From: an uncultured Porphyromonadaceae bacterium
Lineage (GTDB): Bacteria > Bacteroidota > Bacteroidia > Bacteroidales > UBA12481
Reading direction: 5' to 3'
Assembly (NCBI GenBank): GCA_964444375.1
Contig: CAYUGX010000001.1
Span: 5,686-52,490, forward strand
Length of the DNA: 46,805 nt
Part shown: piece by piece, positions 7,334 through 15,674 of the stretch
Layout of the letters: each line of letters opens with the position of its first letter
How positions within the stretch are numbered: position 1 is the first letter of the stretch
The notes under the pieces: model-generated
Databases searched by the model: none
What the model was told of the DNA's origin: nothing
The model's input: the letters and a program-made list of their open reading frames with translations, nothing else
Position numbers and translations under genes: made by a program

Positions 7334-7954
7334 ATGATATGGATTCGAAAAACCATCTTGGGTGTAAGCCTATTCTGTTGCTTTGCCCTTACCGGCCAGG
7401 CCCAGAATTTTACTTTTACGCTCAACCAACCATCTTCATTGATCGTTGATGCTGGCCCCGACACTACCATTCTGAAGGGAAATAGCATCCGCTTGGGTGG
7501 AAATCCGACTGCCCTTGAAGGATACGGCAGCTATGTATATTCCTGGTCGCCTGTCACAGGCTTAGATGATCCCACAGCTGCCAATCCTATTGCCACTCCT
7601 CTTGAAGAAACGACTTATATTTTGACCGTGATTGATGATAATAATTGTCAACAGCAGGACGAAATCACTGTAGGGGTTGACGCAAGCGGAATTATTGAAT
7701 GGGATTTGGAAGAGTCGATCGCTATTTACCCAAATCCCAATCCTGGAATCCTCCACATCAGATTCATAAAGCCGGTACGATTACCTACTATTAAAATATA
7801 CTCGATGCTCGGTGAGCTTCTTTGGCAAAAGAAATTTCAAGGGCTTGGTTCAGGTCAGGTTGAAGTTGATTTGTCTGCTTATTCTACCGGACTGTACCTG
7901 ATTAGTGTCTCAGCAAATAACCAGCAAACCATTCGTAGAGTGTTATTGCTCTAA
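7334..7954 (+). CDS. T9SS C-terminal sorting domain-containing secreted protein
   Basis: It has a signal peptide (CCFALTGQAQ) and the motif VDAGPDTTILKGNSIRLGGNP...YSWSPVTGL...TYILTVIDDNNC, which is common in Bacteroidota surface proteins. The CTD reads IAIYPNPNPGILHIRF...GLYLISVSANNQQTIRRVLLL. Confidence 0.75.
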   Translation: MIWIRKTILGVSLFCCFALTGQAQNFTFTLNQPSSLIVDAGPDTTILKGNSIRLGGNPTALEGYGSYVYSWSPVTGLDDPTAANPIATPLEETTYILTVIDDNNCQQQDEITVGVDASGIIEWDLEESIAIYPNPNPGILHIRFIKPVRLPTIKIYSMLGELLWQKKFQGLGSGQVEVDLSAYSTGLYLISVSANNQQTIRRVLLL

Positions 7955-7960
7955 ACCACA

Positions 7961-10711
7961 ATGATCAAATTCAACAGACATCCATATCGAATTTGTTTGC
8001 TATGCAGTTTGCTACTGTTTATGGCCCTCGGCCTTCAGGCACAAGACCAGCGCTTGAAACAATATGGTAACAGCATAAAGGTTGTGGCCAACACTGCAGT
8101 TACCTTATACGCTGGTGATTACCGGGGCACATTGATGTGGCAAGAGTCGTACAACGGCCAATCCTGGGTAGAGATTAGTGGTCAAAACCGCGACAGTCTT
8201 CAAACAACTATTATTACTCAGGTCTTTTATCGAGTGGGTGTCAAAGAAGTAAACTGCGATTGGCTATTTGCCCCAGCAATTGAATATGAGTTGATCATAT
8301 TGCCAACCGTATTAACCAATTCTCCTGAGAATATCAGTAGTCGTTCGATTGAAATCAGAGGTCAGGTTACAGATCCAGGTAATGGATCGATCAGTAGTAG
8401 AGGATTCTGTTTAGATAGCCTGGTCAATCCTGACACCAGCAAGCAGCGAATCAATCTGGGATCCGGATCAGGTCACTTTAGTTCAGTTATTGGTTCACTT
8501 GAGCCGGGTACCGACTATTTTGTACGCGCCTTTGCCCAAAATGAGGCCGGATTGAGTTATGGGATCAGTCAAGCATTCACCACACTGGTTGAAGTTCCCC
8601 AACTTGAAACCCTCGATCCAGTTGCCATTAGCGATACGGTTATTCAAATTGGTGGCCAGATACACTCGAACGGAGGTGATCAAATAACAAGTAAGGGGAT
8701 TTGCTGGGCAAGCTCTCAAAATCCGGATACCAGCCAACAATACACTGCTGAAGGGGCTGGATCAAATTCTTTTATTTCAACGATTACGGGCTTATCACCG
8801 AATACACGGTATTATTTCAGGGCCTATGCCATCAATTCAGCCGGGATCAGCTATGGCAATTCGATCCAGGCCATCACGCAGATCGGATTGGCCAAGGTGA
8901 ACACACTTACCCCAACTGACCAAAGCACTAGCACCGTGATGGCAGGTGGCGAAATTACGCATACGGGCGGCGGATACATCAATGACAAAGGCTTATGCTG
9001 GGGGATTAGTTCTGATCCCACTTTGAGCGATTCAACAGCATCTCTGGGTCAGGGTAATGCTCCTTTTACTCTTCAAATTGAACACCTGGTACCCAACACT
9101 GAATATTTCATCCGAGCTTATGCCACCAATCAGGCAGGAGTGGCGTATGGACAAAATCAATCATTCACTACACGGGTTGATTTAGCCACAATACAAACTC
9201 TGGCTGCGACTGATGTTGGCCAGGATAGTGCAAAATTACATGCCTCTGTTGATTACGATGGATATGGTACACTCCTATTCAATGGATTCTGTTGGGATAC
9301 GGTAAGCAATCCGGATACGACAAAACAACACATTAAACTGGCTGGTCAATTAGGTCAATATAGCCAGGTCATTAGAGGATTATCAGCAAATACAAATTAT
9401 TTCTTCAGATCATTTACGGCCAATGAAGCCGGGCTGGTATATGGTGGTCAACAAAGTTTTACCACTTTGCCTGGCCCTCCTGTGTTAGGAGCAATTGACA
9501 GTCTCCACCTGACTGACCACAGCGTCATAATCCAATCAAGCGTAGTAAATACCAGTGGTTTAGTGGTTGATACAGCCGGATTTTGTTGGGCCCTGACCCC
9601 CATGCCTGATACCAGTGATCACCTATTCTTTGCATCATTGAATGCTGAGTTGCAATTCGAAGGGCTGTTAGATACCTTAAGTGCTAATACAAGCTATTAC
9701 ATCCGGGCCTTCGCAACAAACGCCGGTGGCATCAACTATTCTGAAGATTTTTCCATCACCACAAAAGAAACTGGATATCATGTTCTGCAAGCCAGTCTGG
9801 GCTGGCATGTTCGAAACAATTTCAGAGGTTGGAAAAATGTATTTCCACTTCATGGCAATTTGGGTAATGGGTATTCTGGAATAACCCTAAACTGGGACGA
9901 AGACATACTATATATTGTCGGGAATAATGCAAAAGCCGTATGGGCCGTTCATGCTCCGGGCAGTGACGAGTGGGATGAAACCAATCTGAATAGCAACCAC
10001 ATCAAGACCATCCCCTTAAATGGATACGTTGATCCAGAAGGTATTAACTATTTGGGAAATGGCTGGTTCATGTTGGCCGATGAGGGATTAAGAGAGGTCT
10101 CATTTGTTCAAATAACCTCAGAAACCACCCAGATAAACAAAAATGACGAAGGCCTGATTGTGGATCCTACCCCGCTGTTTCCCAGTTCTCATGGAGCTAA
10201 TTCAAATAGGCGATTGGAGGGTATAGCCTATGATTTCCACCACCAGTATATCTATGGGATTTGTGAAAAAGGAGTTGATGATCATCCCAGGTTGTACCGA
10301 TGGAAATGGAAATTCGATGAACAGGTAATCGATCCCACCTCTGGTGAAGAAGTCACCGATATATTTAATGGCCTTAGTGATCAATGGATTGAAGGCAGTG
10401 ACCTCTTTTATCACCCTTTATTGCAAAGATTGTATGTATTGAGTGGGTTCGACGATAAAATGGCTGAGTACTATTGTCCACATCCAGATACTACCGGCTA
10501 TGGACAATTTATCAGCCAACGACAACTACCCCGGAGCAACGGAACCACAGGGGACGTATTGGGCGATTGCGAAGGCATTTGTCTGTCACCTGACGGATTG
10601 ACCTTGTACCTGGTTTACGAGGACCGAAGCTTTGGATATGGTCCAGTTCCTTTCATCTGGTATTATCCAGAAAATAACCTGCCGGCCACATTGTTTCCGT
10701 TCTCGAGGTAA
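7961..10711 (+). CDS. large secreted protein: N-terminal Ig-like region, five 98-aa FN3-like repeats, and a C-terminal SdiA-regulated/YjiK-like beta-propeller-type domain
   Basis: It has a signal peptide (LLLFMALGLQAQ). The repeats carry G[FIL]CW...NPDTS...Y[FY][FI]RA[FY]A.N.AG..YG....FTT. The C-terminal region has RLEGIAYD and CEGICLSPDGLTLYLV, which I recall from the SdiA-regulated family. It starts 6 nt after the upstream gene, so co-transcription is likely. Confidence 0.8.
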   Translation: MIKFNRHPYRICLLCSLLLFMALGLQAQDQRLKQYGNSIKVVANTAVTLYAGDYRGTLMWQESYNGQSWVEISGQNRDSLQTTIITQVFYRVGVKEVNCDWLFAPAIEYELIILPTVLTNSPENISSRSIEIRGQVTDPGNGSISSRGFCLDSLVNPDTSKQRINLGSGSGHFSSVIGSLEPGTDYFVRAFAQNEAGLSYGISQAFTTLVEVPQLETLDPVAISDTVIQIGGQIHSNGGDQITSKGICWASSQNPDTSQQYTAEGAGSNSFISTITGLSPNTRYYFRAYAINSAGISYGNSIQAITQIGLAKVNTLTPTDQSTSTVMAGGEITHTGGGYINDKGLCWGISSDPTLSDSTASLGQGNAPFTLQIEHLVPNTEYFIRAYATNQAGVAYGQNQSFTTRVDLATIQTLAATDVGQDSAKLHASVDYDGYGTLLFNGFCWDTVSNPDTTKQHIKLAGQLGQYSQVIRGLSANTNYFFRSFTANEAGLVYGGQQSFTTLPGPPVLGAIDSLHLTDHSVIIQSSVVNTSGLVVDTAGFCWALTPMPDTSDHLFFASLNAELQFEGLLDTLSANTSYYIRAFATNAGGINYSEDFSITTKETGYHVLQASLGWHVRNNFRGWKNVFPLHGNLGNGYSGITLNWDEDILYIVGNNAKAVWAVHAPGSDEWDETNLNSNHIKTIPLNGYVDPEGINYLGNGWFMLADEGLREVSFVQITSETTQINKNDEGLIVDPTPLFPSSHGANSNRRLEGIAYDFHHQYIYGICEKGVDDHPRLYRWKWKFDEQVIDPTSGEEVTDIFNGLSDQWIEGSDLFYHPLLQRLYVLSGFDDKMAEYYCPHPDTTGYGQFISQRQLPRSNGTTGDVLGDCEGICLSPDGLTLYLVYEDRSFGYGPVPFIWYYPENNLPATLFPFSR
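8303..9766 (+). repeat. five tandem coding repeats with an exact 98-aa (294-nt) period
   Basis: The conserved Cys of the G-x-C-W motif falls at residues 150, 248, 346, 444 and 542 by manual count, which is exactly 98 aa apart each time. Confidence 0.85.
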
Positions 10712-10729
10712 GCACTAGTTATTGCCGAT

Positions 10730-10762
10730 GTACAATTCACCCCGTTGAACGTACAGTTCACC
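10730..10762 (+). promoter_or_regulatory. candidate LytTR-regulator binding site: two 12-bp direct repeats with a 21-bp period
   Basis: gtacaattcacc (10730-10741) and gtacagttcacc (10751-10762) are identical at 11 of 12 positions. The core 9-mers ACAATTCAC and ACAGTTCAC are separated by exactly 12 bp. ACAGTTCAC fits 8 of 9 positions of the LytTR consensus [TA][AC][CA]GTTN[AG][TG] as I recall it. Confidence 0.45.
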
Positions 10763-10794
10763 AGATTTCTCTTTTCACCCCTATTACCTGGGCA

Positions 10795-10802
10795 TACATT
10801 TG
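10795..10802 (+). promoter_or_regulatory. -7 box TACATTTG for the 10819-15585 operon, with no recognisable -33 element
   Basis: It is a perfect TAnnTTTG, 16 nt upstream of the ATG at 10819. The region where a -33 TTG is expected (about 10770-10777) reads tcttttca. Confidence 0.45.
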
Positions 10803-10818
10803 AACCAAAATTAGAATA

Positions 10819-11469
10819 ATGGTTCATCCGATAATGCTTTCGATACTTAGTTTCTTCTCGATATTCTCATTGCCATCAGATAGATCAACAAAGTGGGAGA
10901 CGGTTTTCATCCGGGAGGAGATTATCATCAAGGAGAGGTGGATTACAAATCTTACAGGTGAAAAGACTCGTGAGCGAAGAGCTGAGTTTTTGGTTGAAGC
11001 AAAGGCCAAAGTAGTCACAGAACTACTCAGGCAAGATCACTTTAACAAGTGCTGGATGGGAAATGTTGACCGATTTCATTCCTTTGGGAAATCATCACCC
11101 AACCAGTGGATCAGCTACACCGTATACGCCATTCCATGGCCGTTTAAGAAACAAGATTTGCTGTCTGAATACACCCTTAGCCAGGATCAATATGAGAAAA
11201 ACTACTACATCCAGGTCAAAGGACTTGACCAAACTCCAGCTCAATTACGGGCTCTCATTGGTGTGAATAGGAAATACAAGCGATTGAGTAATTATCGGGC
11301 AGAATGGCACATCAAAGAAACAGAGCAAGGCCGCTCACGAGTTGTATTTACCGCCAGTTCAACTGATCCTCCACCTTTTCCCCGCTGGATGATGGATCCA
11401 GTTTTGGTTCGCCTGTTTGCTGACAATTTCTCACGATTTAAGAATGAAATTGAAGGTCTGCAACCATGA
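10819..11469 (+). CDS. START/SRPBCC-like lipid-binding domain protein
   Basis: 216 aa. The segment ISYTVYAIPWPFKKQDLL resembles the START-domain PWP(v/l)s.RD segment. The N-terminus is hydrophobic. The stop overlaps the next start (ATGA). The family call is moderate. Confidence 0.6.
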   Translation: MVHPIMLSILSFFSIFSLPSDRSTKWETVFIREEIIIKERWITNLTGEKTRERRAEFLVEAKAKVVTELLRQDHFNKCWMGNVDRFHSFGKSSPNQWISYTVYAIPWPFKKQDLLSEYTLSQDQYEKNYYIQVKGLDQTPAQLRALIGVNRKYKRLSNYRAEWHIKETEQGRSRVVFTASSTDPPPFPRWMMDPVLVRLFADNFSRFKNEIEGLQP

Positions 11470-11927
11470 AAAAGATAATGACTTTTATAGCCAAACCGTA
11501 TCGCAAACTGTTGCAGGTAGAAGCTGATCCCAGGAAGGTTGCCGGTGGATTTGCCCTCGGTTCATTTATCGGGATGACTCCCTTTGTGGGCATGCAGATA
11601 TTGATTTCTGTCAGCATTGCAAGCCTGGCTAAATGGAATAAAATTGCCGCCGGCCTTGGGGTGTTCAATACTAACATGGCTACCGGTTTATTTGTATTCG
11701 GATTCAACTACTATCTGGGTAGTAAAATACTGGGGATTCAAAATGATTTCACGCTACCTGAGAAACTGAATATTAGTTTTATAGGACAGGTATTCGAGGC
11801 TGGTTTTGAAGTATTTGCCGCTTTACTTATTGGTGGAATTATTACAGGGATTCCCTTTGCACTCACCGTTTATTACTTACTATATCGCCTTTTAAAAAAC
11901 AGAAATCTCAAAAGAAATGAAGCATAA
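11466..11927 (+). CDS. DUF2062-family membrane protein
   Basis: PRKVAGGFALGSFIGMTPFVGMQILISV is the characteristic DUF2062 opening. Further TM segments follow. It overlaps both neighbours. Confidence 0.7.
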   Translation: MKKIMTFIAKPYRKLLQVEADPRKVAGGFALGSFIGMTPFVGMQILISVSIASLAKWNKIAAGLGVFNTNMATGLFVFGFNYYLGSKILGIQNDFTLPEKLNISFIGQVFEAGFEVFAALLIGGIITGIPFALTVYYLLYRLLKNRNLKRNEA

Positions 11928-12729
11928 GCATTCATTCGCGCTCATCACTGGTGCCAGCCAGGGATTGGGAAAAGCCTTCTCAAAAGAGCTGGCCGAACAG
12001 GGGTATAATCTTTTGTTATCAGCTTTACCAGGCGAGGGATTGGAAGCCTGGGCACGCTTACTTTGCGAACAATACCAGATTACGGCGCTGTTGCATGAAA
12101 CAGATCTGGCTCAAAGCTCGGCTCAGATTGATCTGGCTAACTGGGCATCGGCTTACCCTGTTCAGGTCGTGATCAATAATGCCGGAATTGGAGGAACTAT
12201 GCCTTATGAATCGGCCACTACAGACTACTTGAATCGCATTATTCAGGTCAATGTGACTGCTCCGGCAATTTTGATCAACCGATTGTTGCCTGTTTTGAAA
12301 GAGCATGAACAGGCCTACGTGCTTAATGTATCGAGCATGGCAGCTTTTAGTCCGATGGCCTACAAAACAGTATATCCAGCCTCAAAAGCTTTCGTTTGGT
12401 CTTTCAGCCGGGGTTTGTATCAGGAATTGCGGGAGCAAGGAATTTTTGTTGGAGTCGTTCATCCCGGACCCATCAAGACGAATCCGGACGTTTGCCGACG
12501 AATTGAAAAACAAAAACTATTCGGGAGACTAGGTCTGGTCAGTCCAGACCGACTGGCAAAGGTGGCTATCCGTCAGTTGTTCAATCAGGATCCCTTGCTA
12601 ATACCTGGAATTCTCAACAAGGTCAATTGGGCGATGATGAAGATAGTGCCGATCTGGATTCGGATGGGAGTATTGGCCAAAGTGGTTCAACGAGAGATTG
12701 ACGAACCAAAAGAATACATTTTATCTTAA
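11917..12729 (+). CDS. classical short-chain dehydrogenase/reductase (SDR)
   Basis: ALITGASQGLGKAF is the TGxxxGxG motif, NNAG is present, and YPASK is the catalytic YxxxK. Confidence 0.85.
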   Translation: MKHKHSFALITGASQGLGKAFSKELAEQGYNLLLSALPGEGLEAWARLLCEQYQITALLHETDLAQSSAQIDLANWASAYPVQVVINNAGIGGTMPYESATTDYLNRIIQVNVTAPAILINRLLPVLKEHEQAYVLNVSSMAAFSPMAYKTVYPASKAFVWSFSRGLYQELREQGIFVGVVHPGPIKTNPDVCRRIEKQKLFGRLGLVSPDRLAKVAIRQLFNQDPLLIPGILNKVNWAMMKIVPIWIRMGVLAKVVQREIDEPKEYILS

Positions 12730-12739
12730 AAAACACAGT

Positions 12740-13756
12740 ATGAAAGTACTTGTCACAGGTGCCAATGGATTTTTGGGTGCCAATATAGTTGCCATGTTGA
12801 ACCAACATGGTGTTTCAGTTCGGGCATTCATGCGATCCTCTGCCAATCAACTGGGACTAACAGGATGTACTTTTGAGCCCTGTTATGGTGACATTACAAA
12901 GGTTGAGGATGTGAATAAAGCGCTTGTTGGATGTGACTATGTGATCCACGCTGCAGCTTGTACCGGACCCAGCCCAAATGATTATAATCACTACTTCCCT
13001 GTGAATGTAATGGGAACTCGCCACCTTCTAGCAGCTTGTCAACAGGCATCATGCAAACGCCTTGTGTTCATCAGCTCGGCCAACACCATTGGTTTTGGCA
13101 ATCTGCTGCATCCCGGTCATGAAGAATTACCATTGAGTGAACCCTTTCGGTCATCCGGTTATGCTTTGACCAAATTAGAGGCCGAATTTAACATCCAGGC
13201 GGCAGTTGATCGAGGTCAGCTGGATGCGGTTATTCTCAATCCCGCCTTTATGATTGGTTCACGTGATCACAAGCCTAGCTCAGGTCGATTGCTGCTTTCG
13301 ATGGCCAGGTCAAATCCAGTTCTCCTTCCCCCTGGTGGAAAAAGCTTTGTCCACGTCAACGATGTGGCATTAGCCAGTTTATCTGCCTTGCATCGGGGAG
13401 AAGCTGGGAAGTGCTATTTGTTGGCTAACCAAAATCTGAGTTATCACGATTTCTTCAACCAGGTGTATCAAATTCGTGGTAAGTCTCGTCAGGCTTGGAT
13501 ACTCTCTGAAGGATTCACAAAAATGCTGGGTGCCCTGGGATCCGGATTTGAGCATTTAGGCTTCAAACAAGACTTGAACTCAATTAATGCCAATCTTCTA
13601 TGTATTAAAAATTATTATTCAGGTCAACTGGCGAGTTCTACATTCGGATTTCAATATACACCAATCAGTCAAGCGATTGAGGAAGCTATAGCATGGTTTT
13701 CAAATAATGGATACCTTAACAGTCAAAAAACACCTCAACATCTTCGTTATGCCTAA
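12740..13756 (+). CDS. extended-SDR NAD(P)-dependent reductase/epimerase (3-beta-HSD / dihydroflavonol-reductase-like)
   Basis: MKVLVTGANGFLGANIV is the Rossmann motif and YALTK is YxxxK. I start at the ATG at 12740 rather than the track start at 12698, which overlaps the SDR gene. Confidence 0.85.
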   Translation: MKVLVTGANGFLGANIVAMLNQHGVSVRAFMRSSANQLGLTGCTFEPCYGDITKVEDVNKALVGCDYVIHAAACTGPSPNDYNHYFPVNVMGTRHLLAACQQASCKRLVFISSANTIGFGNLLHPGHEELPLSEPFRSSGYALTKLEAEFNIQAAVDRGQLDAVILNPAFMIGSRDHKPSSGRLLLSMARSNPVLLPPGGKSFVHVNDVALASLSALHRGEAGKCYLLANQNLSYHDFFNQVYQIRGKSRQAWILSEGFTKMLGALGSGFEHLGFKQDLNSINANLLCIKNYYSGQLASSTFGFQYTPISQAIEEAIAWFSNNGYLNSQKTPQHLRYA

Positions 13757-14855
13757 GCGAAATTACTTCTTTGTTAGACTGTTGGTTGTTTTTGTGGTTC
13801 ATCTGATTTTCAAGGTCGTTGATTTGTCATTTACCTCTGCTTTGGAACCCAGTCTTCGTTCTCTTGGGTTTTCAATATTCTTTATGATCTATTGGATGGG
13901 AGTATGGGAAGTGGCCAGATGGATCTATCGTAAACAGATGGGAAATTGGATTGGTAAACCCAAACAATATGGAAAACTGACCCTCGTATCTACCGTCATA
14001 TTGATTTTTGCCGTTCTCACCATTCTGATTTACAATTATTGGTACCTCCTATCTGATTATTTCATTTTCGGTAATACCTGGAATGATATTGCAGTGCTCA
14101 ATCCAGAGATCATGGGTGATTTCACCATCTTAAAGAGTTTGCGGATCAATCCTGAATTGTTTTACGGTCTGTTTTTGTTCATTATCCTGGCTTATGGAGT
14201 GATAATTTTCATTGAATTGTTCAATCATGTGAAAGAAATGGAGGTCAGCACGGCTCTTTTGCAACACGAAAACACCCATGCCAAATATCAGGCTTTGAAG
14301 AATCAGATTGATCCACATTTTTTTTTCAATAGTCTGAGTGTATTATCATCCTTAGTTCATGAAGATCCTGGCTTATCCTCTACCTACATCAGTCACTTAT
14401 CAAAACTGTATCGCAACATACTTGAAAGCGATACCGATCGATTGATTACCCTGCAAGAAGAACTGGCCATCCTTGAATCATACACTTTTCTGCTTCGAAT
14501 CCGTTTCCATGAAGCTTTTCAATTACACATTGAATTGAGTGAGGCCAGTAAAAATCAAGTAAGGGTTGTTCCACATGTGATGCAAATGCTCATTGAAAAT
14601 GCCCTGAAGCACAATTCCTTTTCAGCTGATGAACCCATCGATATTTACATCACTGAAAACTCTGATTCACTGATTGTTCGAAACGCACTGCGTGCAAAAC
14701 GCCTTCTGCAGCGAAGCACTCATGTGGGATTGAGTAACATTAAGAACCGCTACGCAATTGCCAGCGAATCTGAAGTTGAGGTAAGCACAGAAAATGGAGA
14801 ATTTATCGTTAAACTGCCTAAAATTACCCATGAATATTCTGATAATAGAAGATGA
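13749..14855 (+). CDS. LytS/YehU-type membrane sensor histidine kinase
   Basis: It has four N-terminal TM segments. NQIDPHFFFNSLSVLSSLV is the His_kinase domain phospho-acceptor region and MLIENALKHN is the N-box. The ATG at 13749 overlaps the previous stop by 8 nt. An alternative start is at 13707. Confidence 0.85.
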   Translation: MPKRNYFFVRLLVVFVVHLIFKVVDLSFTSALEPSLRSLGFSIFFMIYWMGVWEVARWIYRKQMGNWIGKPKQYGKLTLVSTVILIFAVLTILIYNYWYLLSDYFIFGNTWNDIAVLNPEIMGDFTILKSLRINPELFYGLFLFIILAYGVIIFIELFNHVKEMEVSTALLQHENTHAKYQALKNQIDPHFFFNSLSVLSSLVHEDPGLSSTYISHLSKLYRNILESDTDRLITLQEELAILESYTFLLRIRFHEAFQLHIELSEASKNQVRVVPHVMQMLIENALKHNSFSADEPIDIYITENSDSLIVRNALRAKRLLQRSTHVGLSNIKNRYAIASESEVEVSTENGEFIVKLPKITHEYSDNRR

Positions 14856-15585
14856 AAAGCGAACAGCTGATCAATTAAAAAGGTTGGTTATTCAGTTTGA
14901 TCCTCAATTCAAAGTGTTTGGACCTCTTGATTCTGTTGCGCGCGCAAAAGAATGGTTTACATCCCCTCCTGAGCTTATTGACTTGATCTTCTTAGATATT
15001 ATGCTGGCTGATGGTACATCATTCGAACTATTCGAAAGTATTAGCATTCAAATACCGGTCATTTTCATTACCGCGTACGATGAATATGCACTCCAGGCCT
15101 TCAAAGTTAATGCCGTCGATTACCTGCTGAAACCGGTTGACTACGAAGAGCTATCGCAAGCACTTAACAAGCTTGACCAAATGAAGCGCACACTTGGGCA
15201 TCACAATCATCATTGGATCAAATCATTACTCCATGGCAATGCACCTCTATATAAGAAAAGATTCCTGGTCAAATCAGGCGATTTGATTCAGTATATACTG
15301 GTGGATGACATTGGGTATTTCGAATACGACGAAGGATTGGTCTTTGCACATCTGCTGGATGGCAAACGTGTAATTATTGAGCACAGCCTGGATGATTTAG
15401 GTGAGCTCTTGGATCCGGCTCATTTTTTCAGAATAAACCGTAAAACAATTGTACACATAAAAGCCATCCGTAAAATACACCCCTATTTCAACCGCAGGCT
15501 ATCCGTCTACCTTGAGCCGGCCAATTACAATGCCACAGTAAGCCGTGAACGAGTGCAGCACTTCAAAGAATGGCTGGATCAGTAA
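14830..15585 (+). CDS. LytTR-family response regulator
   Basis: The receiver domain reads MNILIIEDE...LIFLDIMLADG...ITAYDEYALQAF. The C-terminal LytTR domain reads FFRINRKTIVHIKAIRKI. It overlaps the kinase gene by 26 nt. Confidence 0.9.
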   Translation: MNILIIEDEKRTADQLKRLVIQFDPQFKVFGPLDSVARAKEWFTSPPELIDLIFLDIMLADGTSFELFESISIQIPVIFITAYDEYALQAFKVNAVDYLLKPVDYEELSQALNKLDQMKRTLGHHNHHWIKSLLHGNAPLYKKRFLVKSGDLIQYILVDDIGYFEYDEGLVFAHLLDGKRVIIEHSLDDLGELLDPAHFFRINRKTIVHIKAIRKIHPYFNRRLSVYLEPANYNATVSRERVQHFKEWLDQ

Positions 15586-15674
15586 AGCCCTAGTTTTCTG
15601 CAAACAGTGAACAGAAAGCAGCCCAAGATGTGTTTCGTGACTTGTGATTCAACTGATAACTGATAACTGATAAC

